Assembly: GCA_973895155.1 (NCBI GenBank)
Contig: OZ316897.1
Coordinates: forward strand, 9,633,832 to 9,697,831
Direction: 5' to 3'
Source of the DNA: Marsupella aquatica
Taxonomy: Eukaryota; Plantae; Marchantiophyta
DNA length: 64,000 nucleotides
Part shown: positions 49,380 through 63,150 of the stretch, piece after piece
How positions within the stretch are numbered: the stretch's first letter is position 1
How the letters are laid out: each line of letters starts with the position of its first letter
The notes under the pieces: generated by a model
Seen by the model: the letters and a program-made list of their open reading frames with translations, nothing else
Database searches by the model: none
Told to the model about the DNA's origin: nothing
Position numbers and translations under genes: made by a program

Positions 49380-50220
49380 TGATGGAAATCTTGATAGAGA
49401 AATTCTGGAGCTATGGACAAATGATTATCATAACCATCATGTTTTTGGAGAACAACAAAAATTGAATGGCCATCATAGCAATGGACATCATAGCAAGCGT
49501 CACACAATCCACCCCCAAAAATATTGATGGACAATCTTGATAGGGAAATTTCAAAGCCATGGTCAAATTGTTGCTGACCACAAGGATCCGCAGACATCTA
49601 AGCCATGGTCAACAAATCCCTTACCATAACCATCATGCTTATGAAGGACAATGGACAAATTGAATAACATCACAATGAGGGTAACACTATCCATCCCCAA
49701 AAAATTGATGGACAATCTTGATAGGGAAATTTCGAAGCCATGGTCAAATTGTTGCTAACCACAAGGATCTGCAAACATCTAAGCCATGATCAACAAATGC
49801 CTTACCATAACCATCATACTTTTGCAAGACAATGGTGACAAATTGAATGAACATAAGGGCAAGGGTCACACTAACCACCCCCACAAAATTGATGGATAAT
49901 CTTGATAGGAAAATTACGAAGCCATGGTCAAATTGTTGCTAACCACAAGGATCCGCAAACATCTAAACCATGGTCAACAAATGCCTTACCATAACCATCA
50001 TACTTTTGCAAGACAATGGTGACAAATTGAATGAACATCAGGGCAAGGGTCACACTAACCACCCCCACAAAATTGATGGATAATCTTGATAGGAAAATTA
50101 CGAAGCCATGGTCAAATTGTTGCTAACCACAAGGATTCACAGACATCTAAGCCATGGTCAACCAATTCCTTACCATATTAACCGTCATGCTATTATAGGA
50201 CAATGGACAAATTGAATGAA
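49380..50220. repeat. ~182-bp tandem repeat, ~4.5 copies, upstream of the TET-like ORF
   Basis: gatgga(c/t)aatcttgatagg..aagccatggtcaaattgttgct.accacaaggat at ~49526, 49707, 49891, 50075. Confidence 0.92.
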
Positions 50221-53200
50221 TATACCATAAGCATCATTCACTAATGCCACATAACCTTTTGAATATCAAAGTCTAGACTTCAAGGCTGAAAATCATTTCA
50301 TTATACCATTGGTTTTATGGCAAACAATCTTGAATACCTTATGCAATACATTCCCAACATAACTCTACTACATTATTTGCAAACAATGTGAAAGACTACC
50401 TTTGCACTAGAAGCCAAAATCAAAATTCTATAAGAAAATAGTTTGTATTGAGTTACCTACCTGGTTTGTAAATTGATTAGCCATGAAAAAATGTGGTAAC
50501 ACAACCTACATCAACATTTCAAAATGGTCAGCAAAAGTACATTAGATCAGACTAAGAGCTTCAATAAATGTCATGACAACATTGGAGGGTTGTAAAAAAT
50601 TCAGGTTTCTTTGATATCTAGTATACAATGCGAGCTTTGTCTATATTGTGTCTAAGCTTTAATGGGATATTGATCATATGAATGGTGGACAGATCTTACT
50701 TGGCTTGTATAAAGTACATAGTATTATGATTGTGGAGAAGTGCACTCATTAAGAATACTTAGATAACTTTACCAAATGAATATAAAATGTTAACTGGACA
50801 TATAATAGCTAGTTTTGCATTGCTAAAGAGCGTTCCAATATTGCAACATATTTGGATATCCAAGTAATCAAAATATTTTTCATATCCAACATCAAGAATA
50901 ACATCACACAAAATCAAGGACATGTAATATCAAGAATACTGAACATCAAGAATAAGAAACATCAAGGATAAGAAATATCAAGAATCCATAACATGAAGAA
51001 TATGGCATATGAAGAATAAAACATTACACCAAGAACGAGGGATTTGCTTGATCAAACCCCAAAATGAAATTGACATGCTATTTGGTCAGACCCCTGAGTG
51101 ATGCAGACCATTGATTGACCTTGAATCAATGTACACAAAACTTCAGCGGTCCTATCAAGTACGGAAATTCAATGTGGGATATGATCATGCAAATCCCTCC
51201 ACCAGGAATACATAATTGGACAGCCAGGTTGCAGGCAAGGCTTTTCTAGTCCAATCCTTCCATAAGTTGTATTAATCTTCTTCTTGTCTAGTTTGTGAAT
51301 CAAAAGGACCCAGCCCTTTTAAAGAGTGACTCTCTACTGATTTAAATGAATTTTTATTATCAAGTGGTTCAACCCTAAACAATTTATGGTCCTAAGTTGC
51401 CTAAGGCAGAGGAATAATCAAATCCCGTGAAACAGGTTGATAAGGAGAAAGATAGACCAAAGCAGGACACTGACCAGACTAGCTTATGGAGAAATGCCTC
51501 CAGGTATCTAAACATAAATTTCTAAATCTTTGGTTGTTTTTTGGAACTGAAATCTCACAGAAAAGGAGACTAAAATAGGCCAGTACAATATCAGGGGGGC
51601 TCAAGTCCACAACAAACCCTGACAACCAGACACATTTATGAGCCATCCCAATCAAGGGACAAAAGGCCCAGAATCCAAAAGAATCCCCCCTGCCCCCCCC
51701 CAACTTCTCTACCGCAACAGAAATCTAAAACACCAAAGAATACAACCTACAAGCTCAAATCCCACCCACCCCTAAAAAAACCTAGGAGCCATCCCACATG
51801 TAAGAGGATGCAGTAAATCAAGCCCAACCTAATCAAACCAAATAAGAGGAGAACAAGCTGACATGGATGTATTTCCTAAAGGACAGTTTAACTGTTTTCA
51901 CCAATGGATAGCCGCACTAGGGCGGATCAAAATGCCTACACAACATACAACCCCCACAGACCTCAAAAATATTAGGTCCGAGGGAAAGAAGCAACCCAAC
52001 ATGCCCCAAAGCACCAAGGGAAGGGAGAACTAATCCAACTCTTACCATAACCCTGATCAACCACTCCCTTTTAAGTCAAGATGCCTCCAGACTAGGGCTA
52101 CAGAACAACACAACAACCCCAAAGGGAATCCGAGGCTTCCCAAGCATAGCAGCAGAAGGCTGAGGGAACTGGCAGACATTGGGCCAGTGTGGGTATGAAG
52201 ATAGCAATGCGTGCTCCATCCATGAGACCCCGATCCCCAGCCTCAATGAATTCTAGTTCAACCGAGCTCCAATGACACAATTGTGCAAATTAAGCCTCAA
52301 TTTTCATGACGTACTATCCGCAGTTGGCTCCACACGAAACCAAGATCAAAGTAGGATTCAAACTCGGCTGGATTCAGGTGGTTCGGTGATAGGAGAAAAG
52401 GGTGGGCACCCAAGTTTTTCAGAGGGCAATGTGCAGAAGGGGAGACTTCACTATAATTTGCAAGTTATTTGTACATACAACAGATCACTGCAAAGCAGGA
52501 GACTAGCAAAAACAACGTAACCTTTTCACTTTCTTGCTATTGAGAATACATTATCGCTGGACATATTCGTGATGAATATGATAAGAACTGTCAGCATGAA
52601 ACTAACGATAACAACTACTGGCTCTAAACAAATCTACAAACATTTGATCAATCATTGGAACACCTTCAACAATAATTGACAGACAGCGTCTCATGTACAA
52701 GAGCAAGTGGGAGGCAGTGCATGTGCCAAAGGATGCAGCGATTTTGACTGCATTAGGTTTCCAGTTTAGAGATCACAGCAACGGTAGCAGGTTTTGGAGC
52801 CTAGCACACGCACAGAGGCCCATGTCCATGGCAACAGCTTTGGAGCCCAGCGGACTGATGAATCTCCATGGCTATGGCAGCTCGTGAGTGTGGTCCTGTA
52901 CACTCACAAGCCCCTCGACGAGACCCCGCATAGCTAAGGGGCATTCCGCTAACATTCCCACTGAGTCAGAAAAGTAACTCTGGCACTTTTTGGCAGACAC
53001 TCAACGGAGCCTGGTTGGGGCTACGGGCTCTGGCTGGGACTCAGGATCCGAGCCTTTGCTGGGCACCTCTAGACAGAATGACTGACCAATACTTGGCTTT
53101 AGTGGTATTTATATGGACAGTGGCGATTTAAAGAAATCAATGGTGCCCAATGTAAAACTAAATCTGGAAATAAATTTCAAATTTTATTTTTTTTAACTTT

Positions 53201-53399
53201 GATTTATTCCCCACGGATGTGGGGACCAAGCAGGCCAAAGGCAACAGCCAAAAGAGGCAAAGGGAAAAAAAACAGCCATATCAGAGAGTGTTGTTGTATA
53301 GGATGATACCCTCTCTAATAGTAGGCCAGTATCAGGCCTTGCAATTCACATCTTAAGGCGTACAGAGAAAAGCATGATCAGAGTCAATGGACCATGTAC

Positions 53400-56300
53400 A
53401 GCCTGCTAAACACCTAATAGGTTCCGTAGCAGTTCATCACATGCTGACAACGTCTCCAGCCTATATCAACCAGTATGTGATGAAAGAAACCCCAAAGAAC
53501 CTGGTTGTCTCCTTTTCAGGCATCACAACAGCACCCACCAAGCACGTGTGTTTTCTATGGATCCAGACGTGGCTGCCGCTGCTATCAGTTGATCAAGAGT
53601 GTCAGACATTGTAGAGATGATCTGGCCAAAGATAAGTTTCTTCTTCCTGGTCAAATCAATGGTCTGACCATTCCTGGAAATCCAGATACTCTAGAGAATA
53701 GTGTCAAGAAAATCAAGTGATTCTAAGGAGGGAACGGACTTGGCTTAGCCTTTACTGCAAGCAGCATAGGGGATGCTACATAGCACCTCTCAGGTTAGAA
53801 AGTAGCCCTCCAAAACAATGAGTAAATGTGACTGAATCCCCTCCACCATTGTCAGCAATGAAGTAGTCATTTCCACGAGGTATCACCATAAGCCAGCATC
53901 AAGGTAAAGTCTAATTGAGAGAGTTGCAGCATCTAGAGACCAAAAGCTCACTACCACAAGTGATTCTTGTTGGGCTTAACAATGCCATACTCTTTAGCTC
54001 CTCTTTGTGCAAATAGCACCGGTTCTCAGTATCGGGTCTTATCTCCTCTAGCCTTGACTAACAATAATGTCAAGCCAGCGATAGAATTTTGGTCTGCTCC
54101 AAACACAAAGCCACAAAGGAGAGTCTGACTCTAGTCAACCAACATAGGCTCAAAGTCCACTAAGCCGAATAGAAACTTCCAATAAGCAGCACCTTGGTGA
54201 ATTCCTCACGTGTCCAAATGTCACAGTCTAGCAGAGACGCAAGGATAACAGAGATCCAACATCCCAGTGAGAACAACGCAATAGCAGCTACATATCCTCC
54301 GACATCCACAACATCCAAGCAAATCCCAGCCAACTTGCAAATCTCCTTCTTTGGCATCATTGATCTGCTCCTTCGCGCTCTCACAAGCTACGCCCAATGG
54401 AATCACCAGTGTCTTGGCAATGTCCATTCTGGCCACAACCAGTCTTGCTCCAACTCAGCCTTCCACCAAGTTCACAAAGCATAAACGCTCTCCCCTCAAG
54501 GACCCAAAGCTCTGCTAGCATTGAACCTTCTTCAAATTCAATCACCCGGGCTGCAATCTTGGACCACTCACATAGCTCGACCACCCCAAGGGGAAGCACG
54601 TACCCTGCTCTGAACTCAGGGCAAAATCTTGTAAGGCCCAAAAATGACTCCCTCCACACACAAATTAATGCACCTCAAGGGTAGGTCATTCCGGCTCAAA
54701 ACTTAGTACACCTGGTGCCACAATCTTGAGTCCCATCACCAAAACAGAAGAAAGTAAACCCTAAAGTCCTTGCACACTTAACAACCCCCATTACCCGCAG
54801 CTGAACTCAGCGAGAAGGAAGACATTTCTCCGAGTCCTTCCTTCAATCATTCAACCCCCTTCACAGAGAGCTCACATTCCAGCAAACTCAATTTCTGGAT
54901 CCCTGCAAAAGCTGACAAGAGCTCTAGCCCAAGTTGACATCCTGAGTTCCATCTCCCCAACAAAGACTAATAGTAACTCGTTCAGATTCATGAACGAGTG
55001 TGCATCTCCATTCGGCAGCAGCATGAGCCCCCCCCGTTTCACTTCACTTATAAACACCAAAAACCAACAAAGCCCTCTTGAATCCATGTAATCGTAGACA
55101 GCCTCAATGTCCAGTCGATCAGCAACAGAATATTGCAAGCCATCTTGATTTGTATATAAAAAACTTTTGTTTGAGCCATTTGTAGTAACAAGAAGCACAA
55201 ATTCCAAGAGCTCTGTTTCTCAGCATTCCAATGCCAAAAAACAATTCTATGCGTTCACCCAAAAGCAAATCCTCAAGCGATCCTGGAGCAATCCTCAGAA
55301 GTGTCCTGACAGACAGCAAAAGTTCTTTCATAGCCCATGGCAGTCCACGGCCATCAAAGCTAAACCCCACACTTTCCAATGTTCAGTTCACACAGCTCCC
55401 ACAGCTCCGCCTAGATCTAAACAATTGCATTATGGCATATTGCTTCAAGACAAGACGCATATCCCAACGAGAATTCATTGAACTTGTTACCAACTTCAAT
55501 CCAACTGCACGCAATCATGACCCAAACTCCTCTCGTATGCAACAAAGTGCATGAAAGACCCATTCTAAAAATATTGTGTTACATCACCGCCCACTCCAAG
55601 CCAAGATTCCTCTGCTGCTGCTAGAGTCCTCCCCTCCTAGTCATAAGCACTGAGCAGTGCCAAAAAAGGAAAACAGAGAATGCAAAGCTAATCTGTTCCC
55701 ACTCCCTTGCTACCAAGACCCCTCATTGGACCTCATCTTCTCCTTATCTTGATCGATCAGTCATCCACCGACCCTAAGGTGATTAAAGTTACAACCAATG
55801 CTTTCTTCCCAAGCAGTAGTTGACAGGAAGAAAGTAACACAAGGCATCAACAATCCATTGTAAACGGGATCCCAGTTGATAGCAGCGCCCAACACCAGGA
55901 TCAAAAATCAGCAAGCCCCATTGACAATGAGATAATTACTCCATGTAGCATTGCACCAGACTACTCAATACCCCCAAAATGTTTAAAAGCCATTGTCAAT
56001 CACCAGCGCTTGCCCTAAACAAATTCCACCCTGTGCAAACCAAAGTTCTTCCTCTACCATAAGAGCTCAACATCTCACAGTCAATTCATCTCATTCCAGA
56101 GTTTTCAGTGCTTCCACGCACGATCCCGACTCTGTCCTCAAAAATTCAGCAGATAATAAATGTGCTACCATAGTCCATAGTAAGTCCATGCCCATCCCAA
56201 CGCTGGGGAAGAGCTCTCAAAAGCCGCCCAGCACATCTGCAGATTAATATTTTCTCCAAACAGATTTTTCAACGCTCTCCTTCAAAAGCAAACAACTGAG
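53400..56300 (-). mobile_element. Highly degenerate L1-like LINE remnant
   Basis: Eroded motifs in the expected order on the minus strand: VGGDV (~55590), FLYTNQ..VADRLD (~55120-55160), IL*SIWISRN (~53680). No RT core recognised. Confidence 0.35.
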
Positions 56301-56497
56301 AGATTTCATCTCTCAATTCAGTAAGTAGAGGCAGAAGCAATGTGCCAACAATAGATCATCGGAAGCCAAGCGAAAGACCAGCCATCGAGCTCTCACAGCT
56401 CAAACTCAACACTTCCATACTTCATGTATTGGTGAACAATCTGAAATTAATAAAGGTGTCCGAAGGAGAAACAATGGTGCCTCGAGTAAAATGAATC

Positions 56498-56816
56498 TCA
56501 AATGGAGTCTTTTCGGCAATCAATTGGTGGAGGTTTGGGAACCAACAGAGGAAGTCGTGCAACCCAACCAAGTGACTTCCTACCCTTGGAGGTCTTACCA
56601 AACTGCTGGTTGGCTCGGAGTTGCCTTCGAGTCTTAATAAGAAGCCGAATATGTCGTTCTCGGATGGGAACTCCATCAGGACTGATCCAAGTAGAATAAA
56701 AATCAGGCCATGGGTGATTTGGATCAGGGAAAGGAAGTGATGGAATCACATGGGAGCAATGATAAACCCAGTTCCATATGTCAGAAGCAACTAAGGTATC
56801 TCGATAACCTTCAACC
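56498..56816 (-). CDS. Exon encoding a second copy of the unknown C-terminal domain found at 43400-43695
   Basis: RDTLVASDIWNWVYHCSHVIPSLPFPDPNHPWPDFYSTWISPDGVPIRERHIRLLIKTRRQLRANQQFGKTSKGRKSLGWVARLP; preceded by a pyrimidine tract and AG acceptor (ttttcttcttttag). Confidence 0.6.
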
Positions 56817-59029
56817 TAAAAGAAGAAAAATACCAAAACCTTCAAAATGAAAGAATAAAGAGACGATAAGCTTCAATCTGAGAGAAGAAAGAGACGTGAA
56901 CCTGCTAACTGAAAGAAGAAACGGAGAGGTGAGTAACAATGAGCGACTCAGAGAGCAACATTTGGAAGTTAGCTGCGCGTTTGTTCAGTACGATCTTAAA
57001 TGTATGGTGCGCGTTACACCTATCTAATGAGTTGTCTGATGCTCTATATGGATCGACAAGATGGATTTGAAAGAACAAAGAAAATCACAACCTCTAGTCA
57101 TCACAGTTTCCTGTTAGAAGAGGTGATCGGCGAGAAAGTAATCCAATGAAACCAGATCAAAAATTGTGCATGTGAAATCAAACAACGAAGAGGAGTCAGA
57201 TAGAAGGTCAGAAATGAGAATAAGCCCCACTGGTTCATGGTGAAGTCTTCAAGAATTGCTACAAGTAGCGGGGAAGAGTTTCGAATCCAACAGTGGGAGC
57301 TCTTTCAAGTTCTCATGAGTAAATGTAGAGAGAGCGAAAAATACTAACCAGATGTACATCCAGAGGAAAGTCAGTGACAGGCCAAATAGCATCCACCACA
57401 AGTGGCCCGATAGTAATTTTGGTCACGACCGTCCATAACATCTACATGAATCCAGTCTCAGCCGGCATCATCTACGGCCTTAATCTGCAAAGAATTTTTG
57501 TCCTCGACGGCATGCACATTTGTTGGAACAACCCAAAAACAACGGTCCTCCACATAGAGGATAAATTTGAAGCCTAATAATTCAACTACTGAGACATTCG
57601 GGAAGGATTGCTCTATTCCATTGTGTGCACAATGTGGTATGTACCTCAAGGTTTATGGGGCTGATCGAACAGTGCCCCTAGGATTCACCACGAACTCAAG
57701 TCGAGACAAGTAAACTGCCCGGGACGGTGAGTCCAGTGGAAGCAACTGCGGGGCGCCTAACATTGCGCCGGCCGCAGCTGCGATATGGACCCACGGAGGG
57801 GCAATGGCAATAGTCATAACAGAGTGATCCAAATGACTCCATGCCAGTTGGAGTCATTGAAAATGATGTGGAGTCTTACAAAATGACCGGGGTTGCACAA
57901 GTCATAAGTAGTTGGGTCATAATTGACCCCGTTTTCTACTAGTGATGGGACCTCTTTTGTTTATTCTTTTGTACTTCGTTTGACACTTTTCTATAAAAAG
58001 TTTATATATGTACTCTTAAAATTTTTATAAAATTTTATTAAAAAAAAGTAGAAAGATGTAGCTACGGTAATGCCATTTTCATTAGATGCATTTGAAGTGA
58101 GCAAAGTGTCAAAAAAATTGTGTTGCCTCAAAGCTCAATTGTTTTTCTTTTTTCCCAATATTGCTCATCATAAATTTATTTTTTGGGCCTTTGTGTGCAA
58201 CTTGGTTTTGAGGAAAACATAAAAATAACACTTACTCCCACAATTCATACACTGGGTGTCTTCAGTAGAGCGAAATCTGACAAGGGCAAATAAATTCCAA
58301 ATTTTGTGGAAGGCCCATGGCCCAAGATATGTCATGAAAATTCTTGTTTGGACTTACCAGGGGGCCTCTGCATTTTTCTGGACTCAACAGTCTAATTAAT
58401 CCGTGGACCCCCATGTTCATCCAAGGAATGTTTGTGTGATTAAGTGAAATCAATTTTCATCAAGGCGGTAACCAACGGTTTTGAGTCTCCCGATGGTGTT
58501 GGTGTGTGCTCGTACTAAAACAAATGCTCAAAAGATAGAGATTAATCAAACAGAAGGTTGAATGTGGAGGAATTGAGTTTTCTTATAGGTTTTGCTTACA
58601 CATTGGAGAAATAATCTTTCAACCATTCTTGATTGATTGTTTGTGAGTTACATTGAGCATTACCGCCACAAGACAGACTAGAGCACAACACTCAGTTGTT
58701 GGCAAAAGAGCGCTGGTCAATTTGGTGGGAAGAATGTTCACACAAAACGAACGAGCCATCATTTCAAACAAAGGATTTGTAGTTATTTTTATTTAAGAAA
58801 GCTATGGTGTGAGGGGAAGACCAACAATTGTTTCTTTGACATAGAGGCTGCACTTGGCATCAACCTGTGTTCAGAGTGAGCTTTAGTTGAAGACTATCTA
58901 AGAGATGCGAACAGTTCAAGTCGGGAAGCAAGCATTGTGGACAAGCGATGGTGACGTAATCAAAGAAATCAATTTGTAGCGGCTAAATTTGTGACGGTGA
59001 CGAGATTGTGATATCTCTTAATCGAGAAA

Positions 59030-59530
59030 GGGTTTCCAATGAGCCTCAAATTGACAAATTTTGTCAAGTTCCATATGAGTTTTTGAATATCTTTGCCTTT
59101 CCAATGAGTGTTAGTATAAGAAATTTTGATTATGAGTTCATAAATTCTTTTAGCTTTCTAATATGAGTCTGACATTTACAAATTTTATGTCAAATTTTGT
59201 CACGGTGCTCAAGAGATCAGGAGGTTTTCAATCTTTTTAGCTTTCTAATGTGTGACATTGAGATTATTTGTCAAGAAATTTAGGGAGATCATGAGTATCT
59301 AAATTTCTCTAACTTTCCAATGAACCTAACATTGATAGATTTTGTCAAGTACTAAGGAGATGATGAGTTTTTAAATTTACTCTAGCTTTCCAATGAGTGA
59401 CATTGAGAGATTTTATCAAGACATTACTAAAGATATCACGAGTTTCTAAATCTTGATCTTGAATTTTCTAATGAATCAAACATTGGAAAATTTTATCAAG
59501 TACTAAGGAGATTTATTATTTAGTTTTACA
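59030..59530. repeat. Degenerate AT-rich ~60-70-bp repeats
   Basis: Recurrent ttt(c/t)caatga...acattga..atttt(g/a)tcaag...gagttt units. Confidence 0.6.
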
Positions 59531-61029
59531 ATGTGAAGCCAAATGGGTTTTAATTATGTACATTTCTATCGATTGATTTTTTCAAACTTGTAAACAATTA
59601 AAAAAATAGAAACATTTTGATATAAAACACTGATATATCTTTGACAAACATCAAAATGGTAACTTTGTTTTACTAAATGACATCTCTTCCTTTGTATTTT
59701 GGTTTTTTTTATGTTTAGTATTTACGGCATGGTGCCCCAAAAATTACGTTGCTTTTGCCACAAACAGGAATGTGCACGTTTGTTATTGTTAAAAGTATGA
59801 TCATTCCTGTTTGTGGCTAGTTGTGATGATGTGGTGCAACCTCATGGCAGAGAATTTGCAAGAGACCCCTAATGGGGGTCCCTAACAAGATGCCATTGGG
59901 ACTTAACCGGGCCCCTATTGTTGTCAACAGTCGCCCGGTTCTTATCCGGGCTTTGTAAGAGCTTGGCTCACTATTTTACAAGAACATCACCTCACCACAC
60001 AATACAGTGCAGTTGGGAGCAAAATAATGGCAATTCAGCTAAGGCCCCTCAAATAGCAGCAACATCAAGTGTAAGGGAGGGAGCACCGGAACTTGCACAC
60101 AGCAAATGTGGGGGAGGGAGAGGGAGATCCCAACATTGTGCGGCAATGTTGAACATCGCAAGGGAGGGAAGGAAGCATTGATCAAAAACACCTCGATCAG
60201 GCATTCCAGATTAGAAAGCAAGCAAGAGGAAGGATTGAAAGAATTTTCTGGCAGTAGAAGGATTATCCAGTACTGATTATCATGTTCTTGAGAATTTAAA
60301 TTTTGCCTTGCCTCATCAACCGGGCTCATCAATGCCAGATATCAGACTGAGAGATTAGTTTTGTGTGGTGAAAAATTTGTAGCACAGTAGTAAAGTTTGG
60401 GTCAGTGGGCACTGGTCCCCTTATGTCAATCCCCAACTGTGGACTGTAGTGGAGCATTGGAGGGAAACCAGCCGGATATTTTCTGCTTCGGACAGTAGCT
60501 ATGACTATTTGTGACAGTAATCATGGTGCCATTGAAATACAAAGGGTGCCTTTCAGGTGTCACTACATTCTGGAATTTTGACAATTGCACCATAGCAAGC
60601 CTCAAGCAAATCAAAGAAGAAGTTGTGTCAAAACAAAAATTGAGTATACCATAAGCTAGTATTGGTACCTTGGAGGTGCCAACTCTTCAGTCACTCTATG
60701 ACACATAGTGCAATCCAATCAGCCTGCCATCCACAATACAGCGCCTTCGTTACAGAGCATAGCAAACACCCCACACCACACAACAATCCCAGTTCAGGCA
60801 GTGTTTACCTCCTTTCACTTCCTTATTCAAAAAATTGGCGCTCTCGACTCTCCCTCCCGCGTTCAACCATTCCTCCCAGGTGCCTTTCACATTCCATGGT
60901 GAACTCTTGCTCCTCCACCCTTCTACTAAAGTCTCAGCTTAAATCTATTGCGCATGCCTACTATGAAACACTCACTCAGAATGTATTGTGCATGGTTTCT
61001 TGCGTCAAGAGGCTCCCACAAGATCTCGA

Positions 61030-63150
61030 GGAAAGAGTTAGTGTACCGAGTTAACAAAATACTTTATGCAACACACTATTGTTGAGCTAATCATCATTCT
61101 ATATGTAAATGTGAAACTCTCATCTTTAAATGTGAAACTTCAAGACTCCCTATTGGGTCATTTGACTATAACTCTAGTGTAATTAATTATCTGTTGGCAC
61201 TAGTAAAGCGTTTTGGACAATAAACTCATGTGCATTCAAGCAAAAAGTTAGTGCAGCGAGTTCATTGAGGAATAACTTGCTGACCATTTGTTTTATGGCC
61301 AGAAACCATCATCTCTAACTATAAAGCTTTGACACCCCTATTATAGTGATAAGATTAGGTAGATAGATTCGATCATTTACTGATAACTATAGTGTAATTA
61401 TCTTTTGGCACTTGTAAAGCGTTTTGGACAAGAGACCGGTCTGTGCTTGAGGAAAGAGTTAGTATACTGAGTTAGTCAAGAAACAACCTCGGGAACAACC
61501 AACCATTTCATTATGGCCAAAAACCATTCTTATTGGGGATAATCATTATTCTGAAACACCATGCACATGTAAACACCATACAAAGTAGTCGACATAGCGA
61601 GTACGTGGTTCACCTCACAACTGAGGCTACGTCCACGGGAAAGCAAGAGACCTTTACTTCTCTCTTGCTCCACTCCAACAATGAACAGAAGATCCACCAG
61701 GGGCTGGCATCAGCCCTGGTTATATACAACATGCATCACTACTAACCTAAGCTAAGTCCTAACCTGAGTTAATTAGCCTAACTGCAGTCAGCCCTAGAGT
61801 CACAAGACTAAGAGCAATACTCAACAACTCTCTCTAACTCTTTGAGACCCCATATTATAGTGATTTAGAACATGATAAAACCATGGTCTAGCTCTAAGTA
61901 TAAAGCATTGAGATGCCCTATTAGAGTAGATAGTGAAGTGATAGATAGATTGGGTCATTTACCAATAACTGTAGTGTAATCATCTGCTGGCCCTTGTAAA
62001 GCGTTTTGGACAAGAGCCTTGTGTCTGCTCGAGCAAAGAGTTAGTGTACCGAGTTTGTTGGGAACAACCAACCATTTCGTTATGGCCAAAAACCAGTATC
62101 TCTAACTCTTTGAGACCCCCTATTATAGTGATTAGAAGACTAGATAAACCATTTCTCTAACTATAAAGCTTTGAGATGGCCTAGTATAGTAGATAGTGAA
62201 GTGATTAGATTAGATAGATAGATTGGGTCATTTACCAATAACTCTGGTGCAATCATCTGCTGTAAAGCATTTTGGACAAGAGCCTCGTGTGCACTCTCGA
62301 GCAAAGAGTTAGTGTACCGAGTTTGTTGAGGAACAACCAACCCCATTTCATTATGGCCAAAAATCAGTATCTCTAAGTCTTTGAGACCCCCTCTTATAGT
62401 GATTAGAAATTAGATAAACCATCGTCTCTAACTATAAAGTTTTGAGATGCCCTAGTATAGTAGATAGTGAAGTGATTAGATTAGATAGATAGATTGGGTC
62501 ACTACTCATAACTCTGGTGTAATTAAATAATGGCCCTTGTAAAGCATTTTGGACAAGAGCCTTGTCTGTGCTCGAACAAAGAGTTTAAGTGTACCGAGTT
62601 CGTCGAGGAACAACCAGCCATTTCATTATGGCCAAAATCCAGTATCTCTAACTCTTTGAGACCCCCTATTATAGTGATTAGAAGATTGGATAAACTTTGA
62701 GATGCCCTAGCATAGTAGATAGTGAAGTGATTAGATTAGATAATGTACTGTAGATAGATTGGGTCATTTCCCGATAACTCTGGTGTAATCATCTGCTGGC
62801 CATTGTCAAGCGTTTTGGACAAGAGCCTTGTGTGCACTCGAGCAAAAAGTTAGTGTACCGAGTTCATCGAGGAACAACCAACCATTTCATTATGGCCAAA
62901 AACCAGTATCTCTAACTCTTTGAGACCCCCTATTATAGTGATTAGAAGATTAGATAAACTTGAAGATGCCCTAGTATAGTAGATAGTGAAGTAATTAGAT
63001 TACATAATGTACTATAGATAAATTGGGTCATTTACCGATAAACTCTGGTGTCATCATCTGCTGGCCATTGTCAAGCGTTTTGGACAAGAGCCTCGTGTGC
63101 GCTCGAGTAAAGAGTTTTACTGTACCGAGTTCGTCGAGGAACAACCAACC
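61030..63150. repeat. ~265-273-bp tandem array (5 well-conserved copies plus degenerate copies to the left)
   Basis: ttgggtca..aactctggtg..ttttggacaagagcc..gtgtaccgagtt..gaacaacca..tatggccaaaa starts at ~61950, 62223, 62494, 62759, 63023; older copies at ~61153 and ~61370. Confidence 0.92.

Larger units (their letters stand above)
19753..57944 (-). mobile_element. CACTA/EnSpm DNA transposon, 38,192 bp including nested insertions; probably non-autonomous
   Basis: Left TIR CACTAGTAGAAAACGGGGTCAACTATGAC (19753-19781) and right TIR GTCATAATTGACCCCGTTTTCTACTAGTG (57916-57944) match at 28/29. 3-bp TSD ATG at 19750-19752 and 57945-57947. TnpD-like and TnpA-like sequences lie inside. Confidence 0.95.
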
